Shown here piece after piece: positions 10,244-19,038 of a stretch of 64,000 nucleotides of DNA. The stretch is taken from contig JADHNY010000008.1 in the NCBI GenBank assembly GCA_016779265.1, positions 4,231 through 68,230 on the forward strand, written 5' to 3'. Position 1 is the stretch's first letter. The number at the start of each line of letters is the position of its first letter. The notes under the pieces were generated by a model that did no database searches, was not told where the DNA came from, and worked only from the letters and a program-made list of their open reading frames with translations. Origin of the DNA: Pirellulales bacterium. Lineage in GTDB: Bacteria; Planctomycetota; Planctomycetia; Pirellulales; UBA1268. The position numbers were made by a program, and so were the translations under genes.

Positions 10244-11785
10244 TTAGAAGGCCACCACCAGCTGGGTCTGAATCGCCGTGCCTGTGTAGCCCGCTCGGTA
10301 GGGATAGATGAAGTTCTGGGCTGGGCTCTTATTGATCGAAAGGGCCTCAAGTGTCAGTCGCGCCTGGCGAGACTGCTTGATGTACCAGTTCATGCCGCCG
10401 CCATACTCCTGGCCGGTGCCGTAGGGGCCGGTGACCACGCTTGAGCGAGCGTAGACCTCATAGCTGCGGGGCACGAGGCACCAGGAAAGGTATGCCAGGC
10501 CACCATGGTCGTAGATGCTCTCTCGCTCAAAGCTGCCGGTTCCCTGGAAACTGTCGAGCAGTCGAAAGTAGTACTCAAAGGCAACGCCGACGCCACGCCA
10601 TTTCCAGGCTGCATCGACGGTCATCAATCGATACACGAACTGGTCAACCTGCGAGTCGGGCCCGAGGGCGTTCGGCAGACTCAGTGGTGTGCCATCCGAG
10701 AGACGCACCACTGTGTCTTCCGGGTTGTTTCCAGGAATAGGGAGTGCGTTTGTGAGGGCGTAGGCTCCCGTGGTGCCTAGCCGAACGGCGGCTTCATCGT
10801 GAATCTCCATGTCAGAGCCACCGAGACCGAACGGCCCGAGTGGTTCCCACCAGATGTTCCCCGCCCAGGCCATGGATGTTCCCCGCCGAAGGACACCAGT
10901 GGTGCCGCCATCGATCGCATTCCAGACACCTGCGACGTACCGAACTTCACCATCGAGCAGACTGCCGCTTGCCTGTGCACCTGGGGAAAAGCCGGGACGA
11001 AAAAAGGTGTTGGCCATGCTGCGGTCAACACCGATCGTCCAGGGGTTCATCTGCGTCCACTCACGCGTCGCAGAGACGATCGACATGCCGGCGCCGATGC
11101 TGGCGGCATCGCTAAACTTCCAGCCCGCCAGTCCAATGGGCACGACGCCAGAGCGGATGCCAACATTCGTCGTGCCGAAGAGAGCGAAGTTGTAGAAGAG
11201 TCGCTCGTCTGCAACATGCCCATTGAGCGCCAGAAGAAACCTGTTGATGTTGAAGGTGTTGATGTTCTCGACGGGTCGCACGTTGCCTGCTGAGTCGATC
11301 CACGAATCCTTACTGCGGGCAAACTCAAACCATCGCAACTGCATGAAGCCGCCAAGCGTCATCGCAAACGGGAACTGCCCATGACTCGGGCTGGTGTTCA
11401 CCAGCAGCACCCCCTTCGGAGGCACAAAGTCTGTGGCAGGGAGATACTGTGGCCGCGGGATTCCGGCGAGCCGCCTGTTCACTTCGCTCTCAATCAGCGT
11501 TTCGATCTCGGCACGGGTCAGCGGATCATGCTCAGCGGGCAGAAGCCCTCGAGAGACAAGCTCACCTGCGTCTAGCGAATCCTGAGGGTCCTGCAAAACC
11601 GTCGTCGGTTCCAGGCTCGCGGCCGCCGGTGCAGCCGCCGCTGGCAGCTCGGTCGGCAACTGAGCGTTGGCAGACCGCATTGCCGTCGGGCTGCACTGCA
11701 CCAACAGCCATCCCGCGAACAGCGGCATGACCAGCGAGCGTCGAAGGCGGCGGCAGCCGTGCTGGTGTGTGAAGAACTGCATCAC
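10244..11785 (-). CDS. Putative outer-membrane beta-barrel (porin-like) protein
   Basis: 513 aa. Signal-like MPLFAGWLLVQCSPTAMRSANA (the start may be the internal Met at 11728). Alternating-hydrophobicity strands and the C-terminal signature ...TAIQTQLVVAF ending in Phe. Family not identified with certainty. Confidence 0.5.
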   Translation of the reverse strand: MMQFFTHQHGCRRLRRSLVMPLFAGWLLVQCSPTAMRSANAQLPTELPAAAAPAAASLEPTTVLQDPQDSLDAGELVSRGLLPAEHDPLTRAEIETLIESEVNRRLAGIPRPQYLPATDFVPPKGVLLVNTSPSHGQFPFAMTLGGFMQLRWFEFARSKDSWIDSAGNVRPVENINTFNINRFLLALNGHVADERLFYNFALFGTTNVGIRSGVVPIGLAGWKFSDAASIGAGMSIVSATREWTQMNPWTIGVDRSMANTFFRPGFSPGAQASGSLLDGEVRYVAGVWNAIDGGTTGVLRRGTSMAWAGNIWWEPLGPFGLGGSDMEIHDEAAVRLGTTGAYALTNALPIPGNNPEDTVVRLSDGTPLSLPNALGPDSQVDQFVYRLMTVDAAWKWRGVGVAFEYYFRLLDSFQGTGSFERESIYDHGGLAYLSWCLVPRSYEVYARSSVVTGPYGTGQEYGGGMNWYIKQSRQARLTLEALSINKSPAQNFIYPYRAGYTGTAIQTQLVVAF

Positions 11786-11889
11786 GTTCCCGTTAAACCA
11801 TCGGGTGGGACTGGGGAGAGTCTGCAGGTTTTTCTGGCAGGGGAAGCTGGGGGAACTGGGGTGTGTTTGGCCCGCCTGGTGGTGGGCTC

Positions 11890-12025
11890 GGGGAAGCCCG
11901 ATGCGTCTCCGCCGGACGTTCGCTGCGGCCCCTCCATGGGCCTTCGCTCTCTCGAGGTTCTGCTCGCTCTCGCCTTCCAGGCTTCACTCGCAGAACCACG
12001 CCGGCGGATCCGCATCGGGCTCCCC
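11890..12025. repeat. Nested long inverted repeat (structured element) in the spacer between the RND pump gene and the porin-like gene
   Basis: Outer arms GGGGAAGCCCGATGCGTCTCCGCCGG (11890-11915) and CCGGCGGATCCGCATCGGGCTCCCC (12001-12025) are complementary apart from a 1-nt indel and a 2-nt mismatch. Inner arms CGAGGTTCTGC (11953-11963) and GCAGAACCACG (11990-12000) pair at 10 of 11 positions. Confidence 0.6.
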
Positions 12026-12272
12026 CTCGCTAAAAGAGAAGGAAGGATCCCTGGCGAGTCTGGCAGGCGTCATGCCTTCGCAGCATCAACCGATGAGGCG
12101 GAGGGGACGGCGGGTGCTTGAGGAGCGTTCGAGGTTTTCGCCACTTCGGTGAGCCCTGAACCGCCGCAACAGTCCACGGCGAAAAAGTCCAGCGACGAGA
12201 CATCTGCCGCCCCGCAGACGGTACCCGCTCCGTGGTGGGCTCTCCCTCGCTTGTGTGCGGCGGTTCCGCTGC

Positions 12273-15200
12273 TCAGCGGCTGCGGCCGGCAAGTCGCATC
12301 ACGACCCAGTAGAAGACGGGGGTGAAGAAGATGCCGAAGAGGGTGACGCCCAGCATTCCTGAGAACACAGCGGTGCCGAGAGAGATCCGCATTTCGGCTC
12401 CGGCCCCACGGCCAATCAGCAGCGGCACCACGCCGAGAATAAAGGAGAACGCCGTCATCAGGATCGGCCGTAGCCGTGAGGTGGCGGCCTCAAGGACAGC
12501 GTCATAGAGCGGCACGCCGGCGGCTTCGCGTTGCTTGGCGAACTCCACGATCAGAATTGCGTTCTTCGCCGAGAGGCCGACGAGCACCACGAGGCCGATC
12601 TGGGTGAAGATCGTGTTGGCCATGCCAGTGATCCAGACGCCGGTGATCGCGGCAAGGAGGCACATCGGCACGATCAGGATCACCGCCAGTGGCATCGACC
12701 AGCTCTCGTACTGGGCGGCGAGAACAAGGAACACGAACACCGTGCCGAGAAGAAAGACAAAGGTGGCAGTGTCACCAGCGAGGATCTGCTGCAAAGCGAG
12801 CTCGGTCCACTCAATATCCATGCCTGGCGGGAGCACGCCTCGACCGACGGGGGGTGGTGCGGCGAGGGCCTCAAGGATTGCAATCGACTCGCCGGAGCTC
12901 GTGCCTGGCAGTGTGCCGCCGGAGACGTCGGCGGCGGGATAGAGGTTGTAGCGTGTGATGATGGCTGGGCCGGTGGTATCGCGAACGGTGGCCAGTGTGG
13001 CCAGAGGCACCATGGCTCCGGCGGAGTTGCGGACCTTCAGCTGGCGGATGGCCTCTTCGCTCATGCGGAAGGGGGCGTCGGCCTGCACGTTCACCTGCCA
13101 GTTGCGACCGAAGGCAGTGAAGTCGTTGACGTAGGCGCCACCGAGATAGACCTGCAGCGTGCGGGTGACCTCATCGAGTGGGATCCCCTGGGCTTTCACC
13201 TTCGTGCGGTCGATGTCAATAAACAGCTGCGGCTGGTCAGCCCGGAAGCTGGTGAAGACACCCGCGATGCCTGGCTGGGCGGCAGCGGCTTCGACCAGAG
13301 ATTCGGCGGCAGCGTCCAGAGCGAGCGGCCCCTGATTGGTACGGTCACGAATCTCCAGCTTGAAGCCACCGGTGCGGCCAAGGCCGTCGACCGGTGGAGC
13401 ACCAAACGCGACGACGGTGGCCTCGCGGATTGTGGCGAACTTCTGTCGCAGCGTTCGCAGGAGGTTCGTCGCGGATTTGGCTGGGTCGACCTGCCGCTCA
13501 GCGAACGGCTCCAGGAGCACAAACATGCCGCCGGCATTGGACTGGTTGACGCTTGAGATCAGCGAGTAGCCGGTGACGGAGATCACATGGGCTACTCCAG
13601 GGGTTTCCAAGGCGATCGTCTCAAGTTCACGGACGACCGGATCGGTCCGCTGCAGGCTCGCGCCTTCCGGCAGGGTGCAGTCCACAACGAGATAGCCCTT
13701 ATCCTGCTCAGGGATAAAGCCAGTTGGAACGTTGGTGAAGCCGACGTAGGTCAGACCCATCAGGCCGGCGTAGATCCCCATCACGAGAATCGCCACTCGC
13801 ACCAACCGGCCGACAGCTTTTCCGTAGGCGTCGGTGGTGATCTCAAAGAAGAGATTGAACACATGGAAGAACGCAGCCAACACTCGGTTGACCAGCGGTG
13901 TGGCCAGCCAGCCGAGAAGCCCGCCAATGGCAAAGACGGCGAGTCGCACGAGCCATGTCAGCACACCGAGCGACAGCCAGCCATCGCTCGATCCGGCGCC
14001 GGCTGCCGGCAGGCCTCCAGGCAGCATCCCACCCACAGCGGCCAGCACCTGGGCTTCCGACAGCCACATCACCAGTAGCCCACCAAGCAGGGCTACGCCA
14101 GTGGCTGGCAGGGCTCGCTTCGCGGCAGCCGCCTGGGTGTTGCTGGCCGACTCAGCCTCATGGCCACGAAAGAGGACCACCGCCATTGCTGGTGAGAGCG
14201 TCAGTGAGTTGAACGTGGAGATCACCGTGCTCGCGGCGATCGTGAGGGCGAACTGCTTGTAGAACTCGCCGCTGATGCCCGCAATAAACGCTGTCGGCAC
14301 AAACACGCTCACGAGCGCCAACGAGGTGGCGATCAAGGCGCCGGAGACCTCGCTCATCGTCCGTCGTGTGGCCTCCCGAGACGAGAGGCCCTGAGCGAGC
14401 CAGCGTTCGACGTTCTCCACGACCACGATGGCATCATCGACAACGACGCCGATCGCCAGCACGAGCCCAAACAGCGAGAGATTGTTCAGCGTGAAGCCGA
14501 GGCCAGCCATCACCGCAAAGGTTCCGATCAGGGAAACCGGCACGGCGAGCATCGGGATCAGCGTTGCCCGCCAGTCCTGGAGGAAGATCAGCACCACGAG
14601 GAAGACCAGCACCACCGCTTCAAAGAGCGTCTTGACCACCTCTTGGATGCTCTCCTCAACAAACACCGTGGTGTCGTAGTGGATCGCATAGTCGAGGCCT
14701 GCGGGAAAGTCGCGGGCGAGGGAGGCCATCTCCTGGTGAATCGCATCGGCCGTTTCAAGGGCGTTGGAGCCGGGCAGCTGGAAGATGGCGATCGTGACTG
14801 TCGGATCACCATCGAGCCGGCTGCCCATCTCCTCATCTTTCGCTCCCAGTTCCACACGACCGAGATCACGAAGCCGAACGATGCCTGAGGAGCGGGCGGG
14901 CCCCGCAGCTGACGTACGGCCACCGAGCGGGTCTGGGCCAGCCTTCACGATCACATCGGCAAACTCATCCGCAGTTGGCAGTCGGCCGGTGGTGTTGATC
15001 GGCAGCTGGAAGTGAATCACCCCGGAGGTCGGTTCACTGCCGAGCCGGCCGGCGGCGACCTGAGCGTTCTGTTCGCGGAGCGCCTGCACAACGTCGCCAG
15101 CGGAGAGGCTTCGCGCTGCGAGTTTGTCGGGATCGAGCCAGACCCGCATCGCATAGTCACGGCCACCGAGAAAGCTGACGTCACCGACACCGGAAATACG

Positions 15201-15701
15201 AGCCAGAGCATCCTTGATCTGCAGGGTTGCGTAGTTGCTGAGGTAGAGCTGGTCGTAGCGGCCATCCGGGGAGGTGAGGTTCACACAGAGCAGAATGCTC
15301 GGGGACTTCTTTTTGACCGTCACGCCTTGCCGGAGCACTTCCTCAGGCAGCTTTGCTTCAGCGATCGCGACCCGATTCTGGGTGAGTACCTGAGCCTGGT
15401 CGATGTCGGTGCCGAGGGTGAAGGTGACCTCGATGGTAGACGTGCCATCACCGCTGCTCTTACTGGAGATGTAGAGCATGTTCTCCACACCGTTGACCTC
15501 CTGCTCAATCGGCGTGGTCACTGTGTCGGCCACGACCTGGGCACTGGCTCCTGGGTAGACCGCCGTTATCGAAATCGTCGGTGGAGCAATCTCGGGATAC
15601 TGGCCCACCGGGAGACCACTCAGCGCAACCAGACCCACGATCACGATCACGATCGAGAGCACGCTGGCAAACACAGGCCGGTCGAGAATGGAAGCAAACA
15701 T
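12273..15701 (-). CDS. Efflux RND transporter permease (AcrB/MexB-like HAE1 type)
   Basis: 1142 aa. N-terminus MFASILDRPVFASVLSIVIVIVGLVAL..LPVGQYPEIAPPTISI, conserved GLVLAIGVVVDDAIVVVENVER and VGLSAKNAILIVEFA. Confidence 0.92.
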   Translation of the reverse strand: MFASILDRPVFASVLSIVIVIVGLVALSGLPVGQYPEIAPPTISITAVYPGASAQVVADTVTTPIEQEVNGVENMLYISSKSSGDGTSTIEVTFTLGTDIDQAQVLTQNRVAIAEAKLPEEVLRQGVTVKKKSPSILLCVNLTSPDGRYDQLYLSNYATLQIKDALARISGVGDVSFLGGRDYAMRVWLDPDKLAARSLSAGDVVQALREQNAQVAAGRLGSEPTSGVIHFQLPINTTGRLPTADEFADVIVKAGPDPLGGRTSAAGPARSSGIVRLRDLGRVELGAKDEEMGSRLDGDPTVTIAIFQLPGSNALETADAIHQEMASLARDFPAGLDYAIHYDTTVFVEESIQEVVKTLFEAVVLVFLVVLIFLQDWRATLIPMLAVPVSLIGTFAVMAGLGFTLNNLSLFGLVLAIGVVVDDAIVVVENVERWLAQGLSSREATRRTMSEVSGALIATSLALVSVFVPTAFIAGISGEFYKQFALTIAASTVISTFNSLTLSPAMAVVLFRGHEAESASNTQAAAAKRALPATGVALLGGLLVMWLSEAQVLAAVGGMLPGGLPAAGAGSSDGWLSLGVLTWLVRLAVFAIGGLLGWLATPLVNRVLAAFFHVFNLFFEITTDAYGKAVGRLVRVAILVMGIYAGLMGLTYVGFTNVPTGFIPEQDKGYLVVDCTLPEGASLQRTDPVVRELETIALETPGVAHVISVTGYSLISSVNQSNAGGMFVLLEPFAERQVDPAKSATNLLRTLRQKFATIREATVVAFGAPPVDGLGRTGGFKLEIRDRTNQGPLALDAAAESLVEAAAAQPGIAGVFTSFRADQPQLFIDIDRTKVKAQGIPLDEVTRTLQVYLGGAYVNDFTAFGRNWQVNVQADAPFRMSEEAIRQLKVRNSAGAMVPLATLATVRDTTGPAIITRYNLYPAADVSGGTLPGTSSGESIAILEALAAPPPVGRGVLPPGMDIEWTELALQQILAGDTATFVFLLGTVFVFLVLAAQYESWSMPLAVILIVPMCLLAAITGVWITGMANTIFTQIGLVVLVGLSAKNAILIVEFAKQREAAGVPLYDAVLEAATSRLRPILMTAFSFILGVVPLLIGRGAGAEMRISLGTAVFSGMLGVTLFGIFFTPVFYWVVMRLAGRSR

Positions 15702-15702
15702 G

Positions 15703-16944
15703 TCAGTCGGCAGCCGCGGTGGGAGCGGTGGGAGCAGCAGCGGTTTCGTCAGACTCAGCTTCGTGTGGACGTACGGTGATTCCAGGCCGAACCCGGTTGA
15801 GCCCGCTGGTGATCACCCGGTCGTCATCCTCAAGACCCGCCTCGAGAACCCGCATGCCGTCACGGAGAAACCCGAGCGAGACCTCCCGCTGTTCGACCAG
15901 GTCCTGCCCATCAACGACGAAGACAAACTTGTTGCCTTGGTCGCTGCCAATGGCCCGTTCAGGAATCAGCAACGCTGACCGTGGGTCACCAAAGGGCAGC
16001 CGCACGCGAGCGAACATGCCGCTCATCATCAGTCGATCGGGGTTCGGGAGCACCGCCCGGCAGCGAACCGTACCAGTGCCTTCAAGGACGGCAATGTCGA
16101 CGAAGTCGAGCAGGCCCTGATGCGGGAAGCCCTCGTCGGTGACGAGCTGCACATCGACGGGGATCTCAAGTTCTCGTATGTCTCGCCATTCCGGTGCGGC
16201 CTCGCCGGTGTCGCCGATCTTTTCCAGGGCCCGCTGTCGCGCCAGAATCAGTGACCGCTCGTCGGTGTCGAAGGTCACGTAGACAGGATCAATGCTCGCC
16301 ACAGCAGTCAGTGTTGTGGCCGTGGCATCTGTGCCCGCGACCAGATCGCCCACCTCCACGAAGCGGCGGCTGACGCGGCCTGTGACCGGCGAGGTGACCT
16401 GGCAGAACTCAAGATCGAGGTCTGCCTGTTCCCGCTGTGCGGTGGCGGCGGCGAGCATGGCTGCGGTGGCGTCCCGTTGAGCGACGGCAATCTCGTACTC
16501 CTCTTGGGTCACCGCCCCCTTAGGTAGCAGCTTCTCCTTACGGACCACCTCATTCTTCTGCTCGGCGAGGATCGCCTGCTGCTTGGCCATTTCGGCAGCA
16601 GCGGAGTCGCGGGCAATCGCGTAGGGCCGCTGGTCGATCGTGAACAGCAGATCTCCCTCGCTGACGTCCTGCCCGTCGATGAAGTGAATGGCGGTCACAA
16701 AGCCGGAGACCCGGGCCTTGATCTCAACTTCCTGGACCGCTTCGATGTTGCCGGTGAACTCAACGGTATCGACGACTTCCTGGCGGGTGGGGCGGGTGAC
16801 GCTGACTTCTGGCGGCGGGAGTTCTGCAAGCGTCGGCGGCGGCCGGCCGCAGCCGAGCAGGAACAGACTCACAGCCCCCAGCCAGCAGATTGCCAGGAGA
16901 CATGGGCGTCGTGGTTGCGAAAATGGAGGAAACAGCGTCGGCAT
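15703..16944 (-). CDS. Efflux RND periplasmic adaptor (membrane-fusion) lipoprotein
   Basis: The ORF track starts at a GTG at 16956. The ATG at 16942-16944 gives MPTLFPPF...SLFLLGC with a lipobox (LLGC). It has barrel-sandwich, hairpin and beta-barrel segments typical of the AcrA/MexA family. The stop is 1 nt from the pump start. Confidence 0.88.
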   Translation of the reverse strand: MPTLFPPFSQPRRPCLLAICWLGAVSLFLLGCGRPPPTLAELPPPEVSVTRPTRQEVVDTVEFTGNIEAVQEVEIKARVSGFVTAIHFIDGQDVSEGDLLFTIDQRPYAIARDSAAAEMAKQQAILAEQKNEVVRKEKLLPKGAVTQEEYEIAVAQRDATAAMLAAATAQREQADLDLEFCQVTSPVTGRVSRRFVEVGDLVAGTDATATTLTAVASIDPVYVTFDTDERSLILARQRALEKIGDTGEAAPEWRDIRELEIPVDVQLVTDEGFPHQGLLDFVDIAVLEGTGTVRCRAVLPNPDRLMMSGMFARVRLPFGDPRSALLIPERAIGSDQGNKFVFVVDGQDLVEQREVSLGFLRDGMRVLEAGLEDDDRVITSGLNRVRPGITVRPHEAESDETAAAPTAPTAAAD

Positions 16945-17155
16945 GGCGGAGCACACTCGCGATTCTCGGCGGGGAAAAACGTGTTTGCAGCGTACCCCTT
17001 TGGAGGAGGCGGTGGCTGATTTTTTTGAAGTTTTGGCTGGTAAATCGAGTGTCTCTGCTTAACAATCATCCCTGTCTGTGGGGTTGGAACGAAGGGTTCG
17101 GATGTGTCCGCCCTTCTCGCTATGAGTTCCCGAAGGTTGCGGAGGGCCACTCACC

Positions 17156-17752
17156 ATGCCAGACGTCTTGGACTCTCTTCTTGGACCAAATGCACTTGGT
17201 CTGATCGGGGCTGCTGTTGGCGGCCTTGTCGTGTTGATGTTCTTGTTTCGGGTTGTGTTCGGCAGAAAGAAAAATGTCGATCCACTGATTGAGACGAAAC
17301 ACCTTGTCGATCTCTCTGAGATCCCACTGCCAGAGGATGGCCCCTACGGTCTGCGGGTGCAGAACCTTCCCGGAAAGCTGGGCGTGGTGGTCTTTGCACC
17401 GCTTGGCAAGATCAAGCCGCCAGCCGCCGACGAGACCTTCGCTGTGCTCAACACGGTGGTACCGGGGCTGGGAAAGATGGCCCGTCGAGACAACCCGATT
17501 GTGCAGACCTGGTCCAATCAGGTCAGCGTGACCGGCTTTGCCAACACGCTTGCTCGGCACTTGATGGTGCCCGGGCGTGATCTCACCGACACTCCCTGGT
17601 GTCTGCTCGTTGGCAAACTCAAGCGACCCGAGGGGCTGATGGTGGTCGGGCTTGCGATCGGCATGGAAGCGCCGAACAACCTCGGCGTGATTCGTCTCAA
17701 TGACGAAACCCAGTGGCTGCAGTTTCTGCAGGTCAATGCTCGGGCCGATTGA
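17156..17752 (+). CDS. Hypothetical protein with a single N-terminal TM anchor
   Basis: 198 aa. Hydrophobic segment ALGLIGAAVGGLVVLMFLFRVVF followed by a ~160-aa soluble domain with no motif I recognise. Somewhat lower GC than its neighbours. Confidence 0.5.
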   Translation: MPDVLDSLLGPNALGLIGAAVGGLVVLMFLFRVVFGRKKNVDPLIETKHLVDLSEIPLPEDGPYGLRVQNLPGKLGVVVFAPLGKIKPPAADETFAVLNTVVPGLGKMARRDNPIVQTWSNQVSVTGFANTLARHLMVPGRDLTDTPWCLLVGKLKRPEGLMVVGLAIGMEAPNNLGVIRLNDETQWLQFLQVNARAD

Positions 17753-17763
17753 AGCGGCTCCAT

Positions 17764-19038
17764 TCAGCGGCTGTCGGTCGCCCCCGTCATGATTTCAGCC
17801 TTTGTGGTCATACCGATGCGGAGTGCGGCCGGAGGAGTTGTGGGTTTCACGAGCACCGGATACTCCACCACGTTGTCGTTGAGCCAGGTGGTGGGTTCGG
17901 GTGTCGTGCCGATGTCGACAACCCGTCCGGCAAATGACTGCTGCGGTAGTGCGTCACAGACCAGCGTGACCTCCTGCCCAGTGGCGACCCGCGCGATCTG
18001 AGACTCGTGAACGCGGACGCGGACCTGCAGCTCTGCAAGGTTCGGCATCGTGAGCAGGACCTGCCGTTCGCGGATGACACTACCGGCCGTGAGCGTCGCC
18101 GCCTGTCCTCGGGCCGGCCGTGGCTGGGCGTGCAGGACGAGGCCATCGTGTGGAGCGCGGACTTCGCAGGCCGCGAGCTGGGTTTCAATGGCTTCCAGTT
18201 CCGCCCGGCAGACAGACAACCGGGCCCTGGCGGCATCGAGTTCAGCCTGACTCTGGCGAGTTTCAGCGGCCGCTTCAGTCTCTGCCAGGCTCAGTTCGAG
18301 CTCCGCCTCCCGAACGGCCAGCTCCCGCTCCGCTTCTGCCTGAGGACGAATGTGATCAGCGAGCAGCTGCTGTGCCTCCTCAAGTTCTGTCAGTTCTGCT
18401 TTGGCTTCTTCAATCGCCAGCGCCCGCATGCGATTGGCTCGTGCCGCGGAATCTGGTTCCTGCTGCAACAGGTCGACCCGGTTCTGGGCGATGCGGATCT
18501 GCCGCGCGAGCCGACGGCCCTCCAAGGCGAGTTCTCCGTTCTCACCAAGCACCGCCGCACGGGAAAGCTGTGCCGCCTTTAACCGCTGATGGGCGAGAGG
18601 GATGCCCGCCTCTGCCCGCTGTTTTACCGCCGCGAGGGCGGCTTCTGCGGTCGCGACAGCTGCTGTGGCCTCGGCATGCTGTTGCTGGTGCGTGTTGCGT
18701 GCGGCCTTGAGCTGCCGGTCATCAAAGGCGAAGAGCAGATCGCCTGTTGCGACCGTGGAACGATCCGGAGCAATAAAGCGGAGAGTTGTCTCACCGCGGA
18801 CATCACTGCGAAACTCGATGACATCACTGCTTTCGACCACGCCTTGCTCCACAATGGTGCGGTCGAGCCTCGCAGCAAGCGCGGCTGACGCCTCGGCAGA
18901 GAGACCACGAAAGATCGGCGTCTCGCCGGTCTCCTCGGCGGCGGCTGGGCAGGCAGTCAGGGCCGTCACCAGGAGGCTGAGGCATGTGCAACAGCGAACG
19001 CGACGGATCGTCAATGTGCGGAACCGTTGAGGAGTCAT
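17764..19038 (-). CDS. HlyD-family periplasmic adaptor with an unusually long coiled-coil hairpin
   Basis: 424 aa. Signal/anchor CLSLLVTALTACPAAA, lipoyl-like half (VATGDLLFAFDD), ~190 aa of A/E/R/Q-rich heptads, then VRAPHDGLV and a beta-barrel C-terminus. Confidence 0.75.
   Translation of the reverse strand: MTPQRFRTLTIRRVRCCTCLSLLVTALTACPAAAEETGETPIFRGLSAEASAALAARLDRTIVEQGVVESSDVIEFRSDVRGETTLRFIAPDRSTVATGDLLFAFDDRQLKAARNTHQQQHAEATAAVATAEAALAAVKQRAEAGIPLAHQRLKAAQLSRAAVLGENGELALEGRRLARQIRIAQNRVDLLQQEPDSAARANRMRALAIEEAKAELTELEEAQQLLADHIRPQAEAERELAVREAELELSLAETEAAAETRQSQAELDAARARLSVCRAELEAIETQLAACEVRAPHDGLVLHAQPRPARGQAATLTAGSVIRERQVLLTMPNLAELQVRVRVHESQIARVATGQEVTLVCDALPQQSFAGRVVDIGTTPEPTTWLNDNVVEYPVLVKPTTPPAALRIGMTTKAEIMTGATDSR

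Noticed and set aside
11667-12292. ORFs of 68-161 aa within the pump-to-porin spacer
   Set aside because: All are Arg/Pro/Gly/Ser-rich, mutually overlapping and without start context. The region is better explained as a structured non-coding spacer.
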